Source: Octopus sinensis
Lineage: Eukaryota
Direction of reading: 5' to 3'
Assembly (NCBI RefSeq): GCF_006345805.1
Contig: NC_042998.1
Span: 169,818,001-169,882,000 of the forward strand
Length of the DNA stretch: 64,000 bases
Shown one piece after another: positions 52,081-64,000 of this stretch. Position 1 is the stretch's first letter. Each line of letters starts with the position of its first letter. The position numbers and the translations under genes were made by a program. A model generated the notes under the pieces. That model made no database searches and was not told the origin of the DNA. It saw nothing but the letters and a program-made list of their open reading frames with translations.

Positions 52081-54710
52081 TGCTTATAAAGCATTACTAC
52101 TGACACAGGTGTGGCTTTGTGGCAAGAAGTTTGCTTCCCAACCACATGGTTCTGGATTCAGTCCTACTGCATGGCACCTAGGGCAAGTACCTTTTAATAT
52201 GGCCCCAGGCTGGCCAAATCCATGTGAGTGGGGCTGGTAGATGGTAATTGAAAGAAGTCAGTTGTATATATGTATATGCACATCTGTTTATATGTATATG
52301 TGTGTGTGTGTGTATGTGTTTATGTTTGTGTTTCCTTGTGAAAATTGTAAATGAATGTCACTGTCACATAAGTAGTGTTGTTCATTTCCAATATTCTGTA
52401 AGAACATTTCTGGCTATGGGGAAATATTACTTTGCTTGGAAACAGGTGAAGGTTGGTGATGAGAAGGGCATCTGGCCATTGAAAATTTGTCTCAATAAAC
52501 TCCATCTGACCCATGCAAACAGGGAAAAGTGGATGTTAAATGATGATGATGACTACTCTATTATTAATACTAGTTTAGAATTCAAAGGAAACAATCTAGA
52601 TAACACATTAAATGACCAGTTTGGTTGTGCTAACAATGGAGTCTGTAAATGATTGCTGAACGTGTTGAAAATAGCAGCCAAGTTTCCCTTACATTAAATT
52701 TTTCTATCTTAGAAAGTTGACACCAGTACCATTTGAACTCAAGAATGTGGGACAGAGCTAAATGTGGTAAGTAATTTAATATGGTACACCATTTTCCCTG
52801 CCATTCTGCCAGTTCAATAATTTCTGTCAGACACATAGCTACACATTTTGTGAGGCTGGGTGAGGGTGTAGTCAATATAATTGCCCTCAATACTTTACTG
52901 GTACTTAATGCCACCAGACAGATAAAAGACAAAGAAAATCTGGTTGGGTTTTAAACATACTAAGAAAAGGATATAATTATACACAGCAATGCATTACCAC
53001 TGTTGTGGTCGTATCTATAATCGTTTTTTTTTTTTCTTTTCTTTTCTTTATTTGATACAACAGCATTCCTTAATATATATTTTCTGAAGTGTGCAAACAA
53101 ATCCAAAATCATACCAGAATGATGCATGAAGAATAAAATCCTGAATGTAATGTCCTGCTGGTTTAAAATAGGGAGTATTCAAAAAAGGAATTAGCTATAA
53201 TGGAGTGCTGATTTTTTTCTGTCTTTCATACATACACTCTTTCTCATTCCCCTCTCTTAGATTATGCTGAATAGATAGTATATATTGGAACACTAGTTAT
53301 TAAAATTCATCATTAAAAATCATATCTTTGAAAGTTTAGTATGTGGTTTCAGATATAAAAGATAGAATACAATTCATTAATTATTTTACATTTAAATTTA
53401 GTTTATATTTATAAAACATTCAGGTATTATGCCCTATATATCAGACTTGACTTTTATAAGGTTTGAAATTTAATATATATAAAATATAATTCCTGCTTTC
53501 AAATGACTGTTAGGTATTACAGGCCGTGCATAAAATGGTGTGAAAGACAACTTTTAATGTTCAGGAGTGGAATGATCATTTGGCTGTGTCTCTTTTTGCC
53601 TCTACCAAAAGAAAAGGCAGACTGAAGCCCTCAGGCAAGATTGGATCCCTTGATTAGTTTCTTATAAAATATACTATGTGTTTCAGTTAATTTCAAAAAT
53701 AACGATTAAATAGCACAGCAAATGTTTACAGGCACATTTTGACATGATTGGGTAGCATGTGTTTACAAGTTGATCAATAATTCTTATACTGTACATTAGC
53801 AACCTTGACTTTTAGTTAAATTACTTTATTTCTGATGCCATCTACTAAACCAGGATGGCTGAACTCCTGTTCTTTGAATTTTGAGTAAAAAGTAATTTTC
53901 GATAAAGGCAAACACTATTTTAATAGAGTACACACTTCTATCACCTGTTTCACTACAGATTCCACTATTATTAAATCAATCACTGCAGTTACTACTGTGC
54001 AAATACTAAAACTAATATATTTACAAATTAATAAATTATTTATTCAACAACATAACCCTTAAATTTTACATATGAAATTGCTTTTAATGAACAAGATAAT
54101 TTTCATTGAAAGAGAATAAAAATACCTAGTTTATTCATTATAAATGATACAATTTTTCCACAAGTATAACAATTATAGCAGGAGCACTTTGTGTCTACAA
54201 ATTTCTATTATCATATGAAAGTGCTAAAGTAAGAATTTGACTTTCAAATGTTTTGTGAACAGCAAGGTGAGCCAGTCTCTGAAATATGTATAATGTGGCC
54301 TGTTTGAATAAATTTACTATTTTTAAAAGGAAATAAGAGCCACCTCCACCAAAAAAGACAAAAATAGACCTCTCAAACAGCATTCAGAATAACATAATCA
54401 AGTCTTTGGCTACTTCTACAAGAAAATCAGAACTAAATGAAATCAAGGCAAAAACTATATATTCATTTCTTATGAATGAAACAACAGCTGTTTCCTCACA
54501 ATGAACAGCTATATGCATACACTATGTGTCTGATAATGAATCAAAGAATGCTTCATTGAAGTATGTGTCTATACTAGTGAAGAGCTGGAGAGGATGGCTG
54601 TTTCTCTTTCAATTTTTTTTTTAGAGAAAAAAAAATGGCTACAGTTCTATATTTGAGAGATGAGGAATTATGTACATTATTTACATTTGTCCTCATCTTG
54701 TTTGTTGTTA

Positions 54711-54754
54711 GCACAATGTTTCGGCTGATGTACTCTCCAGCCTTCATCAGGTGT
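54711..54754 (-). ncRNA. Minimal type I hammerhead ribozyme motif
   Basis: CAC CUGAUGA A GGCUG GAGAGUACAU CAGCC GAAA C AUU GUG. Intact core, stem I CAC/GUG, stem II GGCUG/CAGCC. The stem III palindrome ACGU appears mutated to ACAU. Confidence 0.72.
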
Positions 54755-54828
54755 CCTGGGGGGAATTTGGAACCTGGGTTCTCATTCCTAAAGTATTTTT
54801 CCGATGTTGTCATTATTATTATTCAGGC

Positions 54829-54897
54829 CACTGCATGGAATTAAACTCAGAATCTTGGGGTTAGTAGCCTGCACTCTTAACCACTATGCCGTGTGCA
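54829..54897 (-). promoter_or_regulatory. tRNA-like sequence / internal Pol III promoter (not a functional tRNA)
   Basis: cggcatagtggttaagagtgcaggctactaaccccaagattctgagtttaattcc has an A box (GGCATAGTGG), an anticodon-like loop CTACTAA and a decayed B box (GAGTTTAATTCC). The stems pair poorly. Confidence 0.65.
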
Positions 54898-55403
54898 CTT
54901 ATGGAGTGAATTTTAGGGCTTATAAATCTAATATTTTCCTATCCTTCCTTAAAACTGGTTCCCATATGCTACTCATATCTGCACTAGGTTTGCTTATTAT
55001 GCCCTAGCATATGTGCTACCTCATTTAGTTTTCATATTTTCCAGTCTGGAAGTGAAAATGAGCTAAGAGGAATAACTAAGAGTTAACAATGGGATATATT
55101 AAATAACATACAGGATAAATTTTTGATTTATAAAAGTTATTTACAAATCAAAAATTTATCTTGTCTGTCACTAGATAAAGACTGTTGTTAAATTTGAGTT
55201 ACTTCTCTTAGCTAATTTTCAGTTTTTTGTGTGTGTGTGGTCTAAGAGACCAGCAGCCACCATATTCTTTACCATATAGGATAACTCTGATGAGCATAAA
55301 GTTATATAATCGGATTGTTACCTAACACTCCATTGTATTGTTTATGTCAAACTGAGTGGTAAGATCAACCGTGATGGATATTTAATACTATACTTTTTGG
55401 ATA

Positions 55404-55442
<39 letters not shown>

Positions 55443-55621
55443 AAGGCGGTGCTCCAGCATGGCTGCAGTCAAAGGACTGAAACAAGTAAAAGAGTATATA
55501 ACCCATGCTAGCATGGAAAACGGACGCTAAATGATGATGATGATGATGATGATATACACACACATGCACACAACCATACATACACATGTATGCACATTTC
55601 TGGCATCCTAATTTTTCTACC

Positions 55622-55780
55622 CTGGTCAGTTAAGAGGGTAGCCAACTGTGGCAGGTTAACAATAATACAGTAGTCAGTGAACAAAGTAGATGGTTCTGGT
55701 CAGTTAACAGAGTAGCCAGCAATGGCAGGTTAACAGTATAATATATAGTGAACAAGGTAGTTGGTTCTGGTCAGTTAACA
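55622..55780. repeat. Tandem repeat, about 72-bp unit x2.2
   Basis: ctggtcagttaa..agtagcca...tggcaggttaaca...agtgaacaa.gtag.tggtt is repeated. Confidence 0.85.
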
Positions 55781-58498
55781 GTAGTAACTAAAAATTCAGG
55801 AGCTAATTTTGTGTGCTGTGAGGAGAGAGGAGTTCTGACATTTCAAGCAGACCGTCATCACTAGTTTCCTCGGATTCTAGTTTTTCTTTCTGTTCCTAGT
55901 AACTGATATTGTTTGGTATTGTTACAAAAGAAACAAAAATAAAATGTTATTCACAAGTCCTTAACATGACATGTGAAAGGTCATGGAATATGAACTTTAA
56001 CAAATCATTGTAAATCAACTTCAACTCTTTATGCCTTCCTAGAATTGCTGCTACTACTAACACTATCACTAAAATATAGAATGGCAGATTCACATTCAAA
56101 TACTGAAATCTGGAATGTCTACAAAGAAACGCATTTACAATCCTAGCTTTACTGAGAGGACAGACACTAAAGTTTATTTACAGTGTACTAAAATAAGATG
56201 AAAAATATAAGATTTTGTGGCAGAGACATACATAAGAGAGAGAGGATGGTGAGAGGAAAAGAGGGAAAGAAGCAATCAATGGAATGGAAGAAAGCAGAGG
56301 GGGGAGGGTGAAAATGAAAGAAAGAAGGAGAGGGAAAGAAGAGAAAGAGAGACAATGAGAAAAAGAAAGACATACATAGTTATTTCTCTCTATGTAATTT
56401 TTATGGATACAAATAAAAAGTGGTTAAATATTGAGAAGAAATAGGATAATTGATTCAAGAAACAAATCAGGAATGTACAGAAGGGGGAAAAAAACCCTAT
56501 TCAAGTACAAGAATATGTATGTACATACACACAGTATGGTCTGCTGCCTAAAGTAGCAGATGTTACCAAATGTCTGAGACACACCCAAAAATTGTCTCTT
56601 CCAGCCAATTGTGAAAGAGAAAATATGGAATGACAAAGTAGAAATTTTTGTTTAAAAAATAAAATACAATAAAAAGGCAGGGAGAAAGAAAAGTAAAAAG
56701 AAAGAATAATAATATTACATATGTTGGCAAAGCATGAAGCCTGCACTAAAGATAATAGAAATTTCTCACCAGAGAGACCAAGACATTTTGTGAGAAAGTC
56801 TTTGATTTAGGAAAGCAACAAGTATGACTGATGAGAAAGCAAAAAATAGATGGAACGGATTCAGTTCTGAAGGGAGCAGAAAAGTGAATTGTTTATGACT
56901 AACAACAATGTAATAGTGGGAAAGTAAGGAGTTTATTAATGCTTTCAAGGTCATTTAGAATCAGTCTGTAAGAAATGATTGATTGGCCATTTAAAAAAAA
57001 AAAAGAAATTGGCACTATTAAAAAAAATAAACTCTTGCAAATATACTATAAACAGTGTAGTTAATACTTTTCCTTGGCATAATAGCAATATAATTCTTTC
57101 TAATTTGGGTGTAAGGCCAGTACTGTTGAAGAGAGGGTGCAACTCAATTACATCAACCCCAGTACTTGACTGGTACTTACTTCATCATCACTGAAAGGAT
57201 GAAGGGCAAAGTCGACCTCAGTGGAAGTTGAACAGAGAAATATAAAGAGTAAAAAGAAATGATGCTAAGCATTTTGTCTGATGGACTAACGTTAAAAACA
57301 CCATTCGAGTGTGATCGTTACCTGCGTCGCCTACTAGCACTTGTGCTGGTGGCACGTGAAAAAACATTCAAGCAACCTCATTGCTAGTGCCGCTGGACTG
57401 GCTACTGTGCAGGTGGCACATAAAAAGCACCATTTGAGCATGGCCGTTGCCAGTACTGCCTGACTGGCCCTCGTGCCGGTGGCACGTAAAAGCACCCACT
57501 ACGCTCATGGAGTAGTTGGCATTAGGAAGGGCATCCAGCTGTGGAAACTCTGCCAGATCAGACTGGAACCTGGTGCAGCCATCTGGTTCGCCAGACCTCA
57601 GTCAAATCGTCCAACCCATGCTAGCATGGAAAGCAGATGTTAAACGACGACGATGATGATGTACTAACATTTCTGACAGCTCACCATCAAGATAATAATA
57701 AACATTGCAAATTAGAGAGCATTCATTCTAGCTTGGATTGCTAGGGATAAATTTTCTTTACAAATTTTTTATGAATTTATTCTAAATTGACTGATTGGGT
57801 ATTTAATAACATGGGCATGGCTGTGTGGTTAGGGAGCTTGCCTCCTAGCTACATGGTTTCGGGTTCAGTCCCACTGCGTGGCACTTTGGGTAGGTGTCTT
57901 CTGCTATAGCCCCGAGCCGACCGAAGCTTTGTGATTGAATTCGGCAGGCGGAAGTTACTGCCGTGTGTGTATATGTGCGTGTAGGTGCTTGTGCCTCTCC
58001 GAAAGAGAGAGAGAGGGGGGTACAATGAGTGTGATCTATTGTAAATATTCTTTCAACAGTGGTGCAAAAAGAAAATATCCTGGTTGCAAGTTAGAGACAC
58101 TTTAAGTTTATATTGTGGTTCAGTCCTGGGTCAAATGTTAAAGTGATGACATGCAGTCTTATGTTGTGGTTTATTCCTAGATCAGCTCTTATCAAACTGA
58201 ATTACAGCACTTTTTTTTTCCTTAAACAGCCAGAACTTGACTTCGTGTGAAAATGTGGATACTTTCATGAGTTTTTAAACTGTTCCTTTCAAAGAATCAT
58301 CTATACTTGTAACTAAATGTATTTTCTTTTTATCAGAAACTAGAAAAATTAAAATGTCATCTTGTAACAAGTAACTTAAAAGTGGTGTTTAACATTGATA
58401 ATCCAGATGTTGGTGTGTAAAACCTATTCATCTTATCTCTGTTCTCCTTTTAGTCAATAATCTATAATCTCTCTTATTTCCATTTAACACTATCTAAA

Positions 58499-58600
<102 letters not shown>

Positions 58601-60711
58601 ATATTTCATTTCTTCCTGCTCTTGATACTGCTTCTACTCTGAATATTTTTTTGCTTTCTGATATACCTCTTTCAATGGGTATATTTTGTTTTTCTTTTCA
58701 TGAGGTCCACTTTTTATAAACAAAACTTATAATCATTTGACTTACCATAGCATTCCTACTTTAAGCAGATGTTTTTGTAAATGTTAACATTTTCACACTC
58801 AATTTGTACGTCGCTATTACCCAGACAAGAGTTAAGAAAAACCTATCAAAAATTTTTTAATTTCAGCCCTTCTCTTAAAAAGTGACATCAGCCAGGTTGA
58901 TTGAAAATGAGAATTAAATAGTTTTTTTTTTTTTTATATCTCTACTTCTGTAACGAAAGGAATATAATCAACTCAAATTTCTTGTCTTACTCTTATTTAC
59001 TTTATCTTAACCCTGGAGTGATGAAGGACAAAAGTTAGCCATGGTAGGATTTGAAATTGGAACCCTAAAGAACCAAAATAGATACCACCATAAAATAACT
59101 AGTATCATTATTTACCATTCATTTGTTAGTTCCTTTGCCAACATCTCTAAAATAATAACTAGATATTAATGTTGATAATCAGAGAGATGTGAAAGATAGT
59201 TGTCCTCATACTGAGAGGATATGAATCCAGAATGCTAGGAAGGAAACTAAGCACAATAATGGGGAGGGAAATAGTAGATGCAATTTACCCCAGTACTTAA
59301 CTGGTATCTATTTTATCAGTCCTGGAAGGATGAAATGAAAACCTCCCTAAAGATTTAAGCTTATAACATAAAGGATATAACTAATGGTACTGCAAAAGCA
59401 ATTTATCTGATGCACAACCATTTCTCCCATCTGCTACCTTTTCAGTAGTAATAATAATAATAACCTTTTCTACTATAGGCACAAGGCCTGAAATTTTGGA
59501 GAAGGGGTCTAATCAATTATATTGACCCCAGGGTTTCACTGGTACTTAATTTATAGACCCTGAAAAGATGAAAGGCAAAGTTAACCTCAATGGAATTTGA
59601 ACTCAGAATGTCAGGATGGATGAAATGCTGCTAAGCATTTCACCCGGCATACTAACAATTCTGCCAGCTCGCTGCCTGGGTAATAATAATAATGGTTTCA
59701 AATGTTGGTACAAGGCCAGTAATTTGTAGGGGTTGGGTGTAAGTCAATTACATCAACCTGTGCTTAACTGGTGCTTATTTTATCAACCCCGAACGGATGA
59801 AAGGCAAAGTTGATCATAATGGTATCTGAACCAAGAATGTAAAGCTGGAAGAAATGCCACTAAGCATCTTTTCCGGTGTGGTAACAGTTCTGCCAGCTCA
59901 CCACTGTAGATAATAGTAATAATAATAATGACAGGATTGAAAACACTGTATGAATAAAAAAGATAATATTGTTTTCTGAAAGAAAACAATATTATTAACA
60001 ATGGAAAATTGCATACGCTTAAACACTTACATTAGCCCTCCACTTCATAGATGTTTATCTTAAAATTGAACTCTTACTTGTTTAAACAAAGGGTTCCTAT
60101 GTTAATTCATATAAAACTCATAGCATGGAAGAGAAAGCTTATAGTAGATTGAAATTTAATAAAAGAAAAAGAAGAGAAAATAAAGACAAAATTTGTCAGT
60201 AAATTTTCTTACTCATGTGTCTTTTCTCTCAGTAATTTACAATTGAGACTTCTGAATGTATTTTAACTTGTTTTTGTCTTTAGCTCCTCCTTATCTGCAT
60301 GAAATCTAACTCCACCCCAATGAAACTACATTTTAAGTTCTCTTTGTAGTATTAAGACACTTTTATATGCCAAGGTGTGAGAGACATGAACATCTTCAGA
60401 AAAATGACATCTTAGTTGCTCTATATTTTGAGGCCATTTTTTCATGGTCATTTTTACATTGTAAATATGCTTAGAGTGTATAAGAAGGAAATTTAAAGCA
60501 AATAAAAGAAAGATTTAAGATCAAGTCTGAATTTTCTGAACAAAAATGTTAATAAATAAATAAATAGACAACAGAGTATGCTGCTGGCTTTATACAATGA
60601 TAGCAATGAAAATTTAAATCTTTTTGCCCTCCAGACAGGAAAGAAAATAAAATCATGACTCATATCATTAACAAACCAACACAGTAAATGTTTACCCTTG
60701 AAACAGATCTT

Positions 60712-61396
60712 CAGCTACAAAAATGCTCCTTCGTGATGAGAAACAGCTTAAAGCCCCCAAAGAAACTAAGACAATCTCGCAATCTCTTAAAACAAACTCA
60801 TGAATGAACGACAATGCCACAAATGTTGAGAAAGAAATTTCTATTAATAGACAGGCAAATAAAGTTAAAGCTGTTTTGCTTAGAAACAGTATAATTAGGA
60901 TGTAATGTTTAGATCTATGATAGTTGCTAATTGATTAAGGTGTTCAATTGTACATTATATTAATACAGAAATTATTTTGATATCAATTTGAAAGAAGGCT
61001 GCTTTCTGATGGGAGAAGAAAAATAATTGACTAATTCAGGACATACACACACACATGCACATATACAAACATAGATGCATGCACACAAATGAATAACCCC
61101 ACCACATATCTATGTGTGTGTGCATGCATATGTGTGTGTGTGTGCTGGCAGAATTGTTAGCATGCCGGGTGAAAGGCTTAGCGGTATTTCGTCTGCCGCT
61201 ACATTCCGAGTTCAAATTCCGCCGAGGTCGAGTTTGCCTTTCATCTTTTCGGGGTCGATTAAATAAATGTACCAGTTACGCACTGGGGTTGATATAATCA
61301 ACTTAATCTGTTTGTCTGTCCTTGTTTGTCCTCTCTGTGTTTAGCCCCTTGTGGGTAGTAAAGAAACAGGTGTGTGTGTGTGTGTGTGTGCACGCA

Positions 61397-61437
<41 letters not shown>

Positions 61438-61959
61438 TTCAGATGGTATTATGTTTGATGATCATTCACTGCAGATGCATTGCTATTGTTCGTTATTACT
61501 ATTATGCAATGTTGAAGTCCTTATTTTATAACCTACATCATCCTTTAATGTTCACTTTTCCATGCTTGCATGGGTAAGATGGAATTTGTTGAAGTAGATT
61601 TTCTATGGCTAGATGTCCTTCCTGTTGCTATTCCTGACTTGTTTCTAAGCAAGGCAATATTTTGTGTGGCCAGACACATTTTTCATGGAAGACTGGAACA
61701 ACTTGTTGATTTACAACCATTAAGAGATGTCAAGACAAAGGTACACACACATTCATAGCAGGCTTCTTTCAGTTTCCATCTACCAAATCCACTCACAGCT
61801 ACAAAAAATATCCTTTGTGGTGAGAAACAGCTTAAAGCCCCTAAAGAAACTAAGATATTTCACAATCTCTTAAAACAAATTCATGAATGAATAACAATGT
61901 TAAAAACCTTGAAAAAGATTTCTGTTAATATGCAGGCAAATAGAATTAAAGCTGTTATG
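60712..61959 (+). repeat. Dispersed direct repeat of about 165 bp (60712-60878 and 61796-61959)
   Basis: cagctacaaaaa...gagaaacagcttaaagccc..aaagaaactaaga...caatctcttaaaacaaa.tcatgaatgaa...caggcaaata...ttaaagctgtt occurs in both positions, roughly 80% identical by eye. Confidence 0.9.
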
Positions 61960-64000
61960 TGAGGCAGAAGACATTTGGCCAAGGTGCTGTGCAGTGGAAC
62001 TGAACCCTATCCATGAAACGTAGAACATCAGCCAAACAAGTTCTATGATTTATGATAATATATAGCAAATAAAATAATCATGTTGGTTCAAAATTTAAAA
62101 CAGACACATTGAAAGTTTCAGTTTGTATTAAGTAAAGTTATTTAAAGATACTTTAGATAAGGTTGTATAAAATTAAATAAAATAGTTATGGCTGCATCAT
62201 CATAAATCTATACTGTCTCATAAAATCAAAATCTTCAGAAACTAAAAACACATAAACACTTCAACTCTAAACTATTTTAAATGCTATTATAGAGTCAAGC
62301 TAGAGTCCACTTGCTACTGATATATTGAAAGAGTAAATTTAATAGAACAGATAGACGACCAAATTTTCACAAATTATACGCAAACATTATCTAATAAAGT
62401 TTTATTGCAGAGATAAGGGAACTATACTTGATAACTGTTCAGCTTTTGAGAATATTATCAGAAAATGAAGAGATTGCCAACTGAAGACCCCAAATATTTT
62501 TTCTCAGTTACCGAATGAAATAACAACAGTAAAAAGTGCTGTAAATATATACACTATGTGGTAACTAAAGCAATGTGATTCTGAATTACACACAAACCTA
62601 GAATTTAGAGAATGAGGGATATGAAATAGTACCAGTAGTGAGTGTATGTGTACTTATGATCATGTTGTTTCCACTTTGCTGTGAAAGATGTCTGGTCATG
62701 GGAAATATGTTGCTTTGAAACATGTGAGGGTTAGCCACAACAGGAAGGGCATCTGGCTATAGAAAACTGATACAAATGATACAAAAAGCAAAAATTTACT
62801 GAAGTAGGGCATGAATGATCATTGAATCAACCTGTAGGATACGCTGGTACAATTTTTTTCCAAAATGTGGATTTTTGTCCTTAAAAAAAATACAGTTGAT
62901 CTTTTTGGATTTGAACTTAGAATATAGAGGAACAAAACTAAATATCATTTCATGCCCAGTCTGGTGTTATTTGTTGTGTGTATCCTAGTTTAAATTAGGG
63001 TCACTGTATCTCAGAGTGTCATAAGAGGGAAATGACAAGAAGGGAGTAAAATGGCTGTAAAACACTGCTACTAAATCTAATTTGGTGCTCTGCTCACTGT
63101 TATTTGATTGTTACTAGAAAAATATTGTAAGGAACAAATGTAAGTTTTCTAAGATGTCCAAGGAAATAAAGAACCGCAGTTTGAAAAGTTATACAGAGAA
63201 TATACAATTTCAAAATTCCATTTAAAATTGTTAAAAAAATGCTATATTTATTTCTGTCGCTTTACTTTCACATATTATGTAACAACAGTTTTAGCCATAG
63301 CTTTGGAAAAGTGAATGACTTAGCATTTATTATTGTTTCAACTTGGGTGATCTAACTTACTTCAGGAACTTTACTCAAGAAGCCATACTAATATTTTTTA
63401 TATATTGAATATATTCAATTGAACTTTCCTGTAATGAATGGTGTAAGATAAATCACTATATTTAAAGACTTAACTGAAAATTTCAGACTGAAGAAAACAA
63501 TAACACAAAATAAATCAAGAGGACATTACAGTCATAATGATGACTGTAAACAAACTGGTAGACATAACGAAATATCAAGAAAGCATATTTCTAATAAGAC
63601 AGCTATGTTAGACTGACTTAGCTAAAACCTTATATTACATCTGTCAACCTATAAGCCATTGTCTACATCAAAATAGAATTAACATTCAGCATCATATAAG
63701 ACAGTGTTCAGAGGAAAAGTACTTTTTCAAAAGTTGTCCTTTAAGTAAGGTCAAGGTCAGAATACTGTTATTCAATCGTTTACAAGTTTTGGCAAGTTTT
63801 CATCAAAGTTATGACATTCTTTTATCTCCCTCCTATCTACTGTTTTAGTCATTGGACTGTAGCCATACTGGAGCAGTGCCTTCAAGGGTTTAGTCAAAGA
63901 AATCATCCCCTTAGTACATATCTTTTAAAGTCTTGTACTAATTCTATTGGTAACTTTTGTTGAACTGGTAAGTTATGAGGAGATAAACCAACACTGGTTG

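Larger units (their letters stand above)
54640..55050 (-). mobile_element. 3' end of a Penelope-like element: GIY-YIG C-terminal remnant plus 3' UTR/pLTR
   Basis: Minus strand 55046-54920 translates, with one stop and one frameshift, to DWKI*KLNEVAHMLGH..IISKPSADMSSIWEPVLRKDRKILDL*. This resembles the W..R.IKEA..I...S.IW.P.L end of PLE ORFs. It is followed by tRNA-like and hammerhead motifs. Confidence 0.7.

Noticed and set aside
54829-54897. Functional tRNA gene
   Set aside because: Acceptor, anticodon and T stems pair poorly and the B box is mutated. Reported as tRNA-like only.
55622-55780. CRISPR-like repeat/spacer appearance
   Set aside because: The intervening sequences are also similar to each other, so it is a plain tandem repeat in eukaryotic DNA.

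Overview
AT-rich eukaryotic DNA, dense in repeats and essentially non-coding. The SINE families and microsatellite load resemble an octopus (coleoid cephalopod) genome; this is an inference from recalled repeat sequences. No host protein-coding gene can be supported, and almost all ORFs in the track are artefacts of microsatellites or SINEs. Supported retroelement content: a 5'-truncated CR1-type LINE RT fragment, an older LINE 3' end, two decayed Penelope-like (PLE) GIY-YIG 3' ends, several PLE-type repeats with minimal hammerhead-ribozyme motifs, and at least four SINE families in dozens of often nested copies. Supported DNA-transposon content: a decayed D,D34D mariner with both TIRs and TA duplication, a non-autonomous Helitron, and hAT- and piggyBac-type MITEs. 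Also present are a CpG-decayed 5S rRNA pseudogene, long inverted repeats and many microsatellites. The most interesting item is a PLE 3' end at about 54640-55050 (-) whose 3' UTR carries a tRNA-like Pol III cassette just upstream of a hammerhead motif. All alignments were done by eye and no database searches were run.
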